From positions 31,208 to 95,207 of the IMG/VR virus record IMGVR_UViG_2690316068_000001: a stretch of 64,000 bases of DNA, one strand, 5' to 3'. The translations under genes were made by a program, and so were the position numbers. Shown piece by piece: positions 1 through 9,803 of this stretch (position 1 is the stretch's first letter; each line of letters starts with the position of its first letter). The notes under the pieces were generated by a model, which made no database searches, had not been told where the DNA came from, and was given only the letters and a program-made list of their open reading frames with translations. The stretch is from a virus. Lineage: Duplodnaviria > Heunggongvirae > Uroviricota > Caudoviricetes.

Positions 1-154
1 GATAGCACGGTTGTAATCATTGACGTTGCGATTCTTCCTGTTAATCCCCATCAGCATCGTTTCTGTATCGAGGATATACGCTGGCAGATCATCAAAATAT
101 TCACTGCTAAACTCTGGCATCCTGCACATAAACGCACTTTTGGGGGCAGGGTGG

Positions 155-604
155 TTAACCTTTGTCGGCGTCGGCGTTAAATTCGCTGATCGACTCCCGG
201 AGCAACCGCTGAGTGTCAGCAGGAATGCGCTGGCGAACATTACCCGCCGCAACCAGTTGTTTCTGAACTTCTGCTTTTCGTTCCATTTGCCTGTCAGCAT
301 ACTTGGCTTGTTCTGATTCATTTTTCACTTCCTGGCTGTGAAAATGTTGATCTGCTTTGTTCATCGTCTCAATGGTCTGGTTAAGATCCATTATTGACTT
401 ATCACGTTCCTTAACAGCCTGATCAAGACTGCCAATTTTATCCAAGGCTTGCTTTAGCTGATGACGTTCCCATGCAAACCCGGCACCAACAAGTGCGCAA
501 ATCAGAACAAGAACACCAGTAGCAGCAAGTTTCTCCTTCAAAGACAAAGCTGTTTTTAACGTAGAAAAGAATGACATGTCTTCCTCCTGAAGAAAAATTA
601 TCAA
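155..604 (-). CDS. hypothetical membrane-anchored coiled-coil protein
   Basis: ORF track; hydrophobic N-terminal segment (after internal Met MSFFSTL...) followed by charged coiled-coil-like region; no catalytic motif recognised. Confidence 0.35.
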   Translation of the reverse strand: MIIFLQEEDMSFFSTLKTALSLKEKLAATGVLVLICALVGAGFAWERHQLKQALDKIGSLDQAVKERDKSIMDLNQTIETMNKADQHFHSQEVKNESEQAKYADRQMERKAEVQKQLVAAGNVRQRIPADTQRLLRESISEFNADADKG

Positions 605-616
605 TGAAGTCCTTTG

Positions 617-1462
617 TTACTGTGCCGCTTTGTTTAATTCATCAAGAACAGAATCAGGAACCAAAGCGGCGACTGCGCTGGCTGTGCTGGCCTTATTTGC
701 TGATGCTTCCGCAAGCGCGGTACCGATAGCATGGTTATAAGCAGTTATGGCTACGCTGGCGCTTTCCTTCGCTCGTTCATACTGCTGTTGCAATGCTGCT
801 ACCGGTACTGTTGTCTGGTCGAAAAAAGCACCAAATTGTTCAGTTGCTTCCTTCAGTGCTTCAACTTGTTGTTCTGTCAGTGCTGGTGGGGGAGTGACTG
901 CGCCGCCACCTGAATCAGAGCCTGACGAGCTTCCTGAGCCTGTGTTAAGGGTCTGGTTAATGTCCCCCATAGCAGCGACTAAACTCGACGTATTAAGCGC
1001 ATTTACAGAGTCCTCAAGCGATTTCGTTGTAGTCGCGTCACCAATGGCAATAGAGATCGGCAGTTCTGAAACTTCTCGCTCATTAGCACGACAGTAAACA
1101 TCCCAACCAATATCGAGTTGAAGGAGCATTGACAGATCAGCATAACCAGCCAACAGGTCCGCGTGCTGAGTTGCCAGTTCTCCAATGTTCGTTAAGCCGG
1201 TTGTGGTTGTTCTGATCGTTGAAACATAGCTGGTAATAGTGTCGGGATAGACAATTGTATCCAGAATTAATCCGGTCAATTCTTCTGCAAGCAGTTTTGC
1301 TGTGTTAGCACTGTTTCGTGCCGATGTTATGGCACCAGGTGTTTTCATCCCACCGGCGGCGGCCAATTTTTTATATGCGGATAACTGGTAGTCTTTTTCC
1401 AGCATGATATCTCCTAACTTACCTGAACCAGGCCGTCTCCGGACGCTACGGTAGATCCGCAT
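617..1462 (-). CDS. hypothetical protein, Ser/Thr/Gly-rich
   Basis: 281-aa ORF, tightly packed with neighbours; low-complexity Gly/Ser stretch; function not recognised. Confidence 0.35.
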   Translation of the reverse strand: MRIYRSVRRRPGSGKLGDIMLEKDYQLSAYKKLAAAGGMKTPGAITSARNSANTAKLLAEELTGLILDTIVYPDTITSYVSTIRTTTTGLTNIGELATQHADLLAGYADLSMLLQLDIGWDVYCRANEREVSELPISIAIGDATTTKSLEDSVNALNTSSLVAAMGDINQTLNTGSGSSSGSDSGGGAVTPPPALTEQQVEALKEATEQFGAFFDQTTVPVAALQQQYERAKESASVAITAYNHAIGTALAEASANKASTASAVAALVPDSVLDELNKAAQ

Positions 1463-1698
1463 GAAACAGGGTCACCAACGCATACGATCCCTTTACCATT
1501 GACGGTAAACCATGCCCTGGTTGATATAGCTTGCCCACCGTGCGTACTGTTTCCATCGGTATGCTGTGCATATTGCTTACCATCAACTAACACTTCGACT
1601 CCGTTGACTTTAAGTAGTGGTTCACTCTCTACAGGAGGCCTGGATGGGAATCCTCCGTGCCCCGAACAAATGCTGTCTTTTGTTGCAATACTTGCCAC
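1414..1698 (-). CDS. PAAR-like Gly/Cys-rich small protein (possible spike tip)
   Basis: 94 aa with repeated xVNGxxV / VGDPVSCG-like motifs reminiscent of PAAR repeat proteins. Confidence 0.3.
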   Translation of the reverse strand: MASIATKDSICSGHGGFPSRPPVESEPLLKVNGVEVLVDGKQYAQHTDGNSTHGGQAISTRAWFTVNGKGIVCVGDPVSCGSTVASGDGLVQVS

Positions 1699-1779
1699 GT
1701 CATCACCAATTATTTGCTCTGATTTTCGTTATTTTAATTCAGGTTGTTTGTGGTCTACATGGAGTTCAACTATTGCAAA

Positions 1780-1796
1780 ATTGCTCTAATAAATAT
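1780..1796 (+). promoter_or_regulatory. C1 repressor operator match
   Basis: ATTGCTCTAATAAATAT matches the 17-bp P1 C1 operator consensus ATTGCTCTAATAAATTT; sits in divergent intergenic region. Confidence 0.6.
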
Positions 1797-1867
1797 TGTT
1801 TTTTATGTCGTATTTTCGGTACCATTCAGCCATCGCCCTTCAATGGGCATTTGTTTGGAGTCGTCAG

Positions 1868-2152
1868 ATGCAGATGGAGCTAATAAGCCGCAAAGAGTTC
1901 GATAGCCGTGTAACCAGCGGTGAACTCGACAACTTGCAGGCTATCAAGGTGAAAGAAGGCTTTTGCCTCATTGGGAATCAGAGCGGAACAAATCGCGTTT
2001 TTATGCTTCGCCGTACGGATTTGAAGCCATTTGTCTGGAAGAACGAAATTGGTCCCAGCTCATACGCTCAAACGAGGGGGTGCCACAACCTGGCCTTTTT
2101 CTACAAAGACGAGCTTTCTGTGGTTGATATTCAAGGGTTACAACATGTTTAA
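1868..2152 (+). CDS. uhr: small protein upstream of hrdC (Uhr-like)
   Basis: 94-aa ORF ending just after hrdC start; position matches P1 uhr by gene order only. Confidence 0.4.
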   Translation: MQMELISRKEFDSRVTSGELDNLQAIKVKEGFCLIGNQSGTNRVFMLRRTDLKPFVWKNEIGPSSYAQTRGCHNLAFFYKDELSVVDIQGLQHV

Positions 2153-3050
2153 GCACTGGAAAAACATTACTATTTATAAACTTTCTCGTGAGGCGGATCT
2201 GACCGACTTAGAAGATAAAAAGAAAATGATCCTTTTCACGCCATGCGGTAGTCAGGATATGGCTAAGTTCGGTTTTGTATCGCCATTTGGTGATAATTCC
2301 GAAGTTATCGCTATGCATGGAAATGGTTTTATCCTTGTTGAAGCAAAGCGCGAAACAAAAATTCTTCCCCCGCCGGTTATCCAGCGAGCTATTCAAGAAA
2401 AAATTGAAAAACTTGAGCAAGAACAAGCGCGTAAACTGAAGAAAACAGAGAAGGACTCCCTGAAAGACGAAGTTCTGCATTCTCTTCTGCCACGGGCTTT
2501 TTCAAAGTTTTCTGTTATCCAGGCGATCTACGACGGTTCAACTAAACGTATCTATATCAATGCCAGCGCGCGGCAGGCAGAGGATATGCTCGCGCTTATG
2601 CGTAAGTCTCTTGGTTCTCTTCCTGTTGTTCCCCTGAGTGTTGAAAATCCCATTGAATTAACGCTGACCGACTGGGTACGTGATGGTAGTGCTCCACAGG
2701 GATTTCAAATGGGGGATGCGGCAGAACTTAAGGCAGTGCTTGAGGATGGCGGTATTGCCCGAGTGAAAAAGCAGGATTTGGGAAGCGATGAAATTTCCAC
2801 ACACCTGGAAGCTGGCAAGCTCGTCACTAAGTTGGCACTCGACTGGCAGAACCGCATTAAATTTACACTGGACCATAACTTCAGCCTTACCAGCGTCAAA
2901 TTTGCGGATGAATTGCTTGAGCAGAACTCTGATATTGATAGTGAAGATGTTGCGCAGCGACTGGACGCAGATTTCTTCCTGTTAACCAGTGAAATTTCGT
3001 GCCTGGTTGATGCTCTGGTAAATGCCCTTGGTGGAGAGGCTAAGCAGTGA
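2145..3050 (+). CDS. hrdC: RdgC-like recombination-associated protein
   Basis: Translation from internal Met ([16 protein letters not shown]...[19 protein letters not shown]...[21 protein letters not shown]) closely parallels E. coli RdgC; about 300 aa. Confidence 0.85.
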   Translation: MFKHWKNITIYKLSREADLTDLEDKKKMILFTPCGSQDMAKFGFVSPFGDNSEVIAMHGNGFILVEAKRETKILPPPVIQRAIQEKIEKLEQEQARKLKKTEKDSLKDEVLHSLLPRAFSKFSVIQAIYDGSTKRIYINASARQAEDMLALMRKSLGSLPVVPLSVENPIELTLTDWVRDGSAPQGFQMGDAAELKAVLEDGGIARVKKQDLGSDEISTHLEAGKLVTKLALDWQNRIKFTLDHNFSLTSVKFADELLEQNSDIDSEDVAQRLDADFFLLTSEISCLVDALVNALGGEAKQ

Positions 3051-5311
3051 AAGAGCTGTGCTATGGATCTGTTTGCAGTGGAATTGAAGCCGCGAGTATT
3101 GCCTGGGAACCGTTGGGTATGCGTCCGGCGTGGTTTGCTGAAATCGAGCCTTTTCCATCTGCCGTTCTTGCGCACCGCTGGCCCCATGTCGCCAACCTTG
3201 GCGACATGACAAAACTTGCCAAAAAAGTCCTGGCTGGGGAAATCGAATCCCCTGATGTGCTCGTCGGGGGAACACCTTGTCAGGCATTCAGTATCGCGGG
3301 CTTACGTGGTGGGCTTGATGATGAACGCGGCGCGCTAACTTTGAAGTATGTGGAGCTTGCAAATGCAATTGACGACAAACGGTCTGAGTCCTTCCTCAAA
3401 CCGACAGTTATCGTCTGGGAAAATGTCCCAGGAGTCCTGTCATCGGCAGATAACGCCTTCGGATGTTTCCTTGCCGGATTGGCTGGAGAAGATGCGCCAT
3501 TTGAACCAGGTGATCGACCTGAATCAGGAAAAAGTAACGCGTTCTGGCGGTGGGATGGCAAAACCGGTTGCCATGCTCCAAAGTGGCCGCAGTGTGGTTG
3601 TATTTATGGACCGCAGCGAAAGGTGGCCTGGAGAATCCTTGATGCCCAATACTTCGGAGTGGCACAACGACGCCGACGCGTGTTTGTTGTCGCAAGTGCT
3701 CGAACAGACCTCGATCCCGCAACGGTACTTTTTGAGTTCGAAGGCGTGCGCCGGGATATTGCGCCGAGCCGAAAAAAGAAGGAAATCGCTTCCGCCATTA
3801 TTGCAAATGGCGCTGCAATCAGTGGCGAAAGCCTAAATCCATGCCTACACGCTGACATTCCACCCGGTATGAAATCGACGAAAGCCGTAAACGCTTTCAG
3901 GATGGCAGCATTTGGGGAATATATTGACGATGAAACCGCATCGACAGTAAAGGCAAGAGATTTTAAAGATGCCACTGACCTTGCCGTTTTTAGCAGCACA
4001 GGAGCAGGTTTTTGGTCAGAAGGGCATGGTACATTGCGGGCACGTGAGCAAGAAAGCCATGAGCATCTTGTTACATTGGCTTTTCCTGAGCGTATGAGCG
4101 GTACACAACATGCTGCAACTAAGAATACTTCACCATCTCTAATGGCTAAAAATCCAACAGCTGTTTGCTATGAAGTAAGAAACGCAGAAGTAGCTGTCCG
4201 CCGTCTTACCCCTGTCGAATGTGAAAGGCTGCAAGGTTTTCCTGATGGGCATACGTTGATCCCGACGGAAAAGCGTAAAAAAGTTAATTCAGATGAACTG
4301 GCATATCTTCGCAATCACTATCCAGATTTAAGCGAAGAAGAGGCCGCGATGCTTGCAGCTGACGGACCGCGTTACAAAGCGATCGGCAATAGTATGGCAA
4401 TACCAGTAATGCGCTGGATTGGCGATCGGATTACTAAGGCCGTATGTCGGCAGAAAGAAGGAAGTAAAACAAAAGAGCGAAAAGTTAAACCAGCGGCAGA
4501 ATTCGAACGGTCCATATTCAAATGGGCTGGTGGAAAATTTGGTGTTCTGGAACAAATCTTTCGCTATTTGCCAGAAGGGAAGCGCCTGATTGAACCTTTC
4601 GTTGGTGGCGGAGCTGTCTTCATGAATGCCGGATACCAGGAAAATCTGCTAAATGATGTGAATGCTGACCTGATTAACTTTTACAAGACTCTGCAACGCG
4701 AGGCGCATTCACTTATCACTCTGGCACATCGTTTCTTCCAGGACTACAACACACAGGAAGGATACCTGGCAGTACGGAATGCGTTTAACAAACAAGTCTA
4801 TGATGATTTACATCGCGCAGCGGCGTTTTTGTTCCTGAACCGACATTGTTTTAACGGATTGACGCGTTACAACCAGGCTGGTGAGTTCAATGTCGGTTAT
4901 GGGAAGTATAAAACTCCGTATTTCCCATTACAGGAGATGGAAGCCTTCCTCGGTGCGGAAGGGCGGTCTGAGTTTGTATGCGGTGATTTTGCAGCGGTGA
5001 TTGAAGCTGCCGGAGAAGGAGATGTCATCTTTTGCGATCCGCCGTATGAACCGCTTCCAAATACAGAGGGATTCACGAACTATTCCGGTCATGACTTTAA
5101 GTTTGAAGAGCAAAAACGCCTGGTGTCTCTGTTGACGGATGCTCATCGTCGAGGTGCAAAGGTTCTCATTACTAACAGTGGCGCGCCAAATATCAGAGAG
5201 CTTTATCATGACAGTGGCTTCAGAGTGGAACCTCTTTTTGCCAGACGTTCTGTGTCTTGTAAGGGGGACACTCGAGGTGTAGCTCATGACGTTTTAGGTA
5301 TATTGCTCTAA
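3047..5311 (+). CDS. dmt: bifunctional DNA methyltransferase (N-terminal C5-cytosine, C-terminal N6-adenine Dam-like)
   Basis: 754 aa; [11 protein letters not shown] (C5-MTase PCQ motif) and ENVPG in N-terminal half; FCDPPYEP (DPPY N6-MTase motif) in C-terminal half; same length and architecture as P1 Dmt. Confidence 0.85.
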   Translation: MKELCYGSVCSGIEAASIAWEPLGMRPAWFAEIEPFPSAVLAHRWPHVANLGDMTKLAKKVLAGEIESPDVLVGGTPCQAFSIAGLRGGLDDERGALTLKYVELANAIDDKRSESFLKPTVIVWENVPGVLSSADNAFGCFLAGLAGEDAPFEPGDRPESGKSNAFWRWDGKTGCHAPKWPQCGCIYGPQRKVAWRILDAQYFGVAQRRRRVFVVASARTDLDPATVLFEFEGVRRDIAPSRKKKEIASAIIANGAAISGESLNPCLHADIPPGMKSTKAVNAFRMAAFGEYIDDETASTVKARDFKDATDLAVFSSTGAGFWSEGHGTLRAREQESHEHLVTLAFPERMSGTQHAATKNTSPSLMAKNPTAVCYEVRNAEVAVRRLTPVECERLQGFPDGHTLIPTEKRKKVNSDELAYLRNHYPDLSEEEAAMLAADGPRYKAIGNSMAIPVMRWIGDRITKAVCRQKEGSKTKERKVKPAAEFERSIFKWAGGKFGVLEQIFRYLPEGKRLIEPFVGGGAVFMNAGYQENLLNDVNADLINFYKTLQREAHSLITLAHRFFQDYNTQEGYLAVRNAFNKQVYDDLHRAAAFLFLNRHCFNGLTRYNQAGEFNVGYGKYKTPYFPLQEMEAFLGAEGRSEFVCGDFAAVIEAAGEGDVIFCDPPYEPLPNTEGFTNYSGHDFKFEEQKRLVSLLTDAHRRGAKVLITNSGAPNIRELYHDSGFRVEPLFARRSVSCKGDTRGVAHDVLGILL

Positions 5312-5330
5312 TAAATTTATTAGTGTAATA
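5302..5330. promoter_or_regulatory. overlapping inverted pair of C1 operator-like sites
   Basis: ATTGCTCTAATAAATTT at 5302-5318 overlapping inverted half AAATTTATTAGTGTAAT at 5314-5330, at dmt stop codon. Confidence 0.55.
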
Positions 5331-5984
5331 TCGCCTCAATGAATCGTGATTTATAGAGCGATTTAGCTGTTAGCCGCGACAGGCGCGGCGGTAAGCATGG
5401 CTGGGCCTAGTCCTCCCAGACAAACCACCGAGTTGCCAGGTTGACCATGCGCCTAAGTGGCAACTCCGAAGTGCGTTACGAGCTTCCAGTTTGCCCATCT
5501 TCGGGTGGGCGTTTTTTTTCAGGGTTTTCGTCATGGTTAGCGACTTTGCGGCGGTTTAGAAACTGACCATTAAAGTAAATGCAAACGATGATCTGATGAT
5601 GGTAGCGGCCTAAGAAGCCAGACGCCACGGGGTATGAGTCGTCCCCCGTCAAAAAATCGACCGCAGAGTGTCCCCGTCTGTGTATTAGGGAACGGGGAGA
5701 CACAACAGGTAAGGGCGCTGGTGTGATTAACCAGATGAACGAGAAGGGGCCATCTGTTGGTCAGCGTCCTTTCCTGTTGCGTTTTCTTTTCAGCGTAACA
5801 GCGGTGCTTAACAGCACTTTGGGTACAGTTCCACGAATTTACGGGTATATCCCGTCATGCTGAAAGCGCTAATCACGCTGGAAGCCAGGGTTATGCATCC
5901 CCTGTTACCGAATTGCAGCCAGGGCGCGGTGCGCCGAAAAGCATACGGAGGTGGAAGCCCTCGCCGGAGACGTACCCGGCAAGT

Positions 5985-6060
5985 GATGGTGTAGCTCAGC
6001 GGTTAGAGCGGTTGACTGTTAATCAACGGGTCGATGGTTCAAATCCATCCACCATCGCCA
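5985..6060 (+). tRNA. tRNA-Asn (anticodon GTT)
   Basis: 76-nt cloverleaf folded by hand: acceptor GATGGTG/CACCATC, D-arm TAGCTCAGCGGTTAGAGC, anticodon loop CTGTTAA, T-arm GATGG-TTCAAAT-CCATC, encoded CCA. Confidence 0.9.
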
Positions 6061-6062
6061 AT

Positions 6063-6138
6063 GCCGGTTTAGCTCAGTTGGTAGAGCGCCTGCCTTGTAA
6101 GCAGGATGTCAGCGGTTCGAGTCCGTTAATCGGCACCA
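6063..6138 (+). tRNA. tRNA-Thr (anticodon TGT)
   Basis: 76-nt cloverleaf: acceptor GCCGGTT/AATCGGC, anticodon loop CTTGTAA, T-loop TTCGAGT, encoded CCA. Confidence 0.9.
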
Positions 6139-7065
6139 GCACAACAGGTAAGGGTATTTTGCGACGTCGGAGATCGCCGAGCTTGGCAGAGGGTTCGAAT
6201 CCCTACGAAGTACCCTTACCGTTGTGATGAATGCGCAGGCTGATGCGCGAAAGACATTGCAGCTATTGCGGAAAAGAGCTGTTCGGCGGGGCAATTAAAC
6301 GCCCGTGAGAGTCTGAAATAACCGCAAGCCGGAGATCAGCACCGGTCATCACAACACAACAGGTAAGGGCATTCTCCCTTATGGGGCTTGGCTTAAATGC
6401 ATCGAGTGCTCTTACCGTTGTGATGAAGTGCAGCTCTTTGAAGCAACCAGAAGATAAGCATCTGGCTTCACAACATAAACCGCAGGAACGACCAATAAAC
6501 GGTAGTCCGTATGGAGAACACCCCGTTGAGGAAGAGGCCTGGCCGGAACCGTAACCGGCACTACAACGTTGAGAACACTGGCGTAACGGGGTCATATCCC
6601 AATCTACGAATAAATGTTGCGTTGCAGCGTGACAACCAGTGTTCTCAACATTGTGGTGAATGCACAGGCTGATGTGCCGCAACTACAGTAGTGCGCGCTT
6701 TGCGGGGCTTGCTACAACCCTGTGTCGGAGTTCAGCACCGACCATCACAGTTTGATTCTCTGGCATGAGCATAACGCTGAAATAAGTCCAGTCTGGTGCG
6801 GCCCGATCACCCGCCGTTAGCTCCACGAAACGGAGCACGTAACAGGTAAGAGCATTCTCCTGTAACGGGTTCATATCCCAATCTACAGGTCCACCAGGAA
6901 TGCTCTTTCCGTTGCGGTGAATGCGGCTAAGCGCACGCGGAACAGTTAAAACAATCCTCCTTAATGGTTAAACATTCCGACGTTAATTGTTAACTGGTTA
7001 ACGTCACCGGGAGGCACTCGGCACCGCAATCTAATAAATATGTCACTTTTATTGAGGGATAACCA

Positions 7066-7500
7066 ATGTTCGGTAAATTGTTCGGCAAGAAAGTCGCTTC
7101 TGCAAAAGTAGAGCTGAAAAAAGTTGAGAATCGCGATCTGATGGAGGCCATCATCGGTGGCTGTTTGTTGGTGTCTGCCGCTGATGGTGAAATCGAAAAA
7201 GAAGAAACAGCGAAACTTGATCAGCTTGTCCGCTCTAATCCGCGTCTTAGTCATTTTGGTAACGAAATTACTGCAACAATTACCCGCTTTACCGAGCAAC
7301 TGGAAGCTGGCTTCCGTGTTGGTCGCATGAATATCCTTCGCGAAATTGAAGATATCAAAAACGATCCAAAAGAAGCGGAAGAAGTATTCGTTAACATGCT
7401 GACAATTGCAGAAGCGGACGGTGAAATCGAGCCAGCAGAACACAAAGTACTGGAAGAAGTAGGCCGTCGTTTAGGTCTTCGTGTGGAAGATTATCTGTAA
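7066..7500 (+). CDS. TerB-family protein (tellurite-resistance TerB-like; P1 tci-like)
   Basis: 144 aa; internal duplication of ...ADGEIE... motifs (VSAADGEIEKEE and IAEADGEIEPAE) typical of TerB domain; sits between tRNA genes as the tci genes do in P1. Confidence 0.65.
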   Translation: MFGKLFGKKVASAKVELKKVENRDLMEAIIGGCLLVSAADGEIEKEETAKLDQLVRSNPRLSHFGNEITATITRFTEQLEAGFRVGRMNILREIEDIKNDPKEAEEVFVNMLTIAEADGEIEPAEHKVLEEVGRRLGLRVEDYL

Positions 7501-7664
7501 TGGCAAGCAAGGCACGTATCGCAATCGCCATTGGTTTTCTCTTGCTGTCCGTGCTGGTGGATTTCACCAGCACAATCCTGTCAGTTTTATCGGACGGGGC
7601 GTTGGTGGCAGTAGCTGTAACATTGGTATGGCCGATATTAAAAACAGCTTCTAAGGATCAGTGA
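7500..7664 (+). CDS. small hydrophobic peptide (54 aa)
   Basis: ATG overlapping TerB-like stop (TAATG); predicted transmembrane peptide MASKARIAIAIGFLLLSVLVDF...; below ORF-track size cutoff. Confidence 0.3.
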   Translation: MASKARIAIAIGFLLLSVLVDFTSTILSVLSDGALVAVAVTLVWPILKTASKDQ

Positions 7665-7771
7665 TGGGCTTCTGGGATTTTGCTGACAAGCATCCAATTG
7701 TTCTCGTTGTCATTGCTGGCATAGTTGTAGGCGGTATTGCTGGCGTCATAGAAGCACTCAGGAAACAGTAA
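7664..7771 (+). CDS. small hydrophobic peptide (35 aa)
   Basis: Translationally coupled to previous small ORF; MGFWDFADKHPIVLVVIAGIVVGGIAGVIEALRKQ. Confidence 0.25.
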   Translation: MGFWDFADKHPIVLVVIAGIVVGGIAGVIEALRKQ

Positions 7772-7774
7772 TCC

Positions 7775-7850
7775 GGCCCTTTAGCTCAGTGGTTAGAGCT
7801 GGCGACTCATAATCGCACGGTCACCGGTTCAAGTCCGGTAGGGGCCACCA
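7775..7850 (+). tRNA. tRNA-Ile2-like (anticodon CAT, lysidine type) or tRNA-Met
   Basis: 76-nt cloverleaf; near-identical in layout to E. coli ileX (GGCCC.TTAGCTCAGTGGTTAGAGC...CTCATAA...GGTTCAAGTCC...GGGGCCACCA). Confidence 0.9.
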
Positions 7851-8136
7851 TATTTGGTTGTAACACGGCGTCTGGCACATGCGTCGTTAGCGGTCTGGTG
7901 ACGTTAAAAGGGGGGAACCTTGCCCCTAGCTCAGGCAACGAACCAGGTAGCCGGAATGTGCAAGCCACCGTTTGTTGTTTCTCGGGTAAAGGGATTCACC
8001 ATCCTGGCGATTCGGTGTGACAGCCGGGAAGAGTCCGGCGCATTAATCCTGATTTTCTGGTGATGACTCATATCGTTAGGAGTGATTTGAGTATGCCGAT
8101 TATATCTGACATTCAGCACGCCTGGGTGGAGTGCTA

Positions 8137-9501
8137 ATGTCTGCATCCCCTCTTGAATCCATGCCAAATTCCCTTAGTGCAGAACAAGCTGTACTTGGTG
8201 GCTTAATGCTTGATAACTGCCGCTGGGATGAAGTTGCAGATCGTATAGTTGCTGATGATTTTTATACCAGTGCTCATCGTGAAATTTTCAGTGAGATGGA
8301 GAGGTTATTAAGTCATGGCAAACCGATTGATTTGATAACACTTGCTGAAGCACTTGAACAGAACGGTAAATTAGAACGCGCCGGTGGTTTTGCGTACCTT
8401 GCGGAGATGTCAAAGAACACGCCCAGCGCGGCAAATATTTGTGCTTATGCGGATATCGTTCGTGAACGCGCGGTCGTTCGTGAAATGATTTCCGTCGCAA
8501 ATGAAATAGCCGAAGCTGGATATGCGCAGGATGGCAGGGGCAGCAATGAATTGCTGGATATGGCCGAGCGCCGCGTTTTTGAAATAGCTGAAAAACGACA
8601 AAAGAGCGGTAGTGGTCCAAAAGATATCGCCAGCATTCTCGATGCAACGGTATCTCGCATAGAAGAGTTGTTTCAGCGACCACATGATGGTGTAACGGGG
8701 CTTGATACGGGATTTACCGATCTCAATAAGAAGACGGCAGGGCTTCAGCCGTCCGATCTCATCATTGTCGCCGCCCGCCCATCTATGGGGAAGACCACGT
8801 TTGCGATGAATCTCGTCGAAAATGCCGCAGTCCGTAACTATAAGCCCGTATTGGTTTTTAGCCTTGAGATGCCGAGCCACCAGCTGATGATGCGCTCACT
8901 GGCTTCTCTTGCACGCGTTGATCAGACTCGTATTCGAACAGGGCAACTTAACGACGAGGATTGGGCGCGGGTTTCTGGCGCAATGGGGATTCTGTTGGAC
9001 AAGCAAAATATTTTTATTGATGACTCAAGCGCCCTGACACCTACAGAGCTTCGTTCCCGCGCTCGTCGTGTTTATAAAGAAAATGGTGGTTTGAGCATGA
9101 TTATGATCGACTACCTGCAACTTATGCGCGTCCCCGAGCTGCAAGATAACCGAACGCTGGAAATTGCCGAGATTTCTCGCTCACTGAAGGCTTTGGCGAA
9201 GGAATTACAAGTACCGGTGGTGGCATTGTCACAACTTAATCGTTCACTTGAACAGCGTGCGGACAAACGACCGGTAAATTCAGATTTACGTGAATCAGGA
9301 GCAATTGAGCAGGACGCAGACCTGATCATGTTTCTGTATCGCGACGAAGTTTATCACCCGGATAGCGAAATGAAGGGCATTGCCGAGGTGATTATCGGTA
9401 AGCAACGAAATGGCCCAATTGGCACGGTGAGATTGGCTTTTAACGGCCAATACTCACGGTTTGATAACTATGCTGGTGCTGACTGGCAAGAGGATTATTG
9501 A
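8137..9501 (+). CDS. ban: DnaB-family replicative helicase
   Basis: DnaB-like N-terminus (SAEQAVLGGLMLDN), Walker A ARPSMGKTTFAMNL, RecA-like core; position after tRNA-Ile matches P1 ban. Start could be GTG at 8131. Confidence 0.9.
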   Translation: MSASPLESMPNSLSAEQAVLGGLMLDNCRWDEVADRIVADDFYTSAHREIFSEMERLLSHGKPIDLITLAEALEQNGKLERAGGFAYLAEMSKNTPSAANICAYADIVRERAVVREMISVANEIAEAGYAQDGRGSNELLDMAERRVFEIAEKRQKSGSGPKDIASILDATVSRIEELFQRPHDGVTGLDTGFTDLNKKTAGLQPSDLIIVAARPSMGKTTFAMNLVENAAVRNYKPVLVFSLEMPSHQLMMRSLASLARVDQTRIRTGQLNDEDWARVSGAMGILLDKQNIFIDDSSALTPTELRSRARRVYKENGGLSMIMIDYLQLMRVPELQDNRTLEIAEISRSLKALAKELQVPVVALSQLNRSLEQRADKRPVNSDLRESGAIEQDADLIMFLYRDEVYHPDSEMKGIAEVIIGKQRNGPIGTVRLAFNGQYSRFDNYAGADWQEDY

Positions 9502-9803
9502 TGCAACGGAAACTAACTAAGCGTAATAAAAATTGGTTGAGCGACATGCTGAAAAAAGCCAATCGCAACCATATGTACCTCAACGACTGGCTATCAATTA
9601 AAGGTAATCTCAGTGATGCAAAAATGATCGACAGACATGTTGCGCGCTATGGTGTTTCACTTGTCTTAGAAAAGGCTGAATTAGTATTTTCGGAATATTA
9701 TTCCATTCCGCAAATTAGCTCCAAAGGAAAAATATGTGGCTATGTGCTCAAACATAAAAGCAAGCTGGATGAGCTTTTAGTCAGGGAAAAGGAGACGCAA
9801 TGA
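9498..9803 (+). CDS. dbn: small protein downstream of ban (Dbn-like)
   Basis: 101-aa ORF translationally coupled to ban; assignment by position only. Confidence 0.4.
   Translation: MMQRKLTKRNKNWLSDMLKKANRNHMYLNDWLSIKGNLSDAKMIDRHVARYGVSLVLEKAELVFSEYYSIPQISSKGKICGYVLKHKSKLDELLVREKETQ

Larger units (their letters stand above)
5696..6940 (+). repeat. array of at least four degenerate hairpin-forming repeat units interleaved with the tRNA genes
   Basis: Units near 5700, 6141, 6358 and 6840 share 5-prime AACAGGTAAGRGC and 3-prime CTTACCGTTGTGATGAATGC(R)CAGGCTGATG boundaries that can pair as a long stem; unit at 6141 contains a T-arm-like AGGGTTCGAATCCCT. Confidence 0.5.

Noticed and set aside
6141-6240. 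Possible third tRNA adjacent to tRNA-Thr (contains GGTTCGAATCC T-arm)
   Set aside because: Only about 31 nt separate the putative acceptor 5-prime strand from the T-arm, too short for D and anticodon arms; no consistent acceptor pairing. Treated as a repeat unit with a tRNA-like fragment; the true third tRNA is at 7775-7850.
5913-6682. ORFs 5913-6227 (+), 6109-6294 (-), 6263-6682 (-) and 6683-6874 (-) in the tRNA/repeat region
   Set aside because: They overlap tRNA genes and structured repeats, have implausible Cys/Arg-rich translations and no ribosome-binding context; judged spurious.
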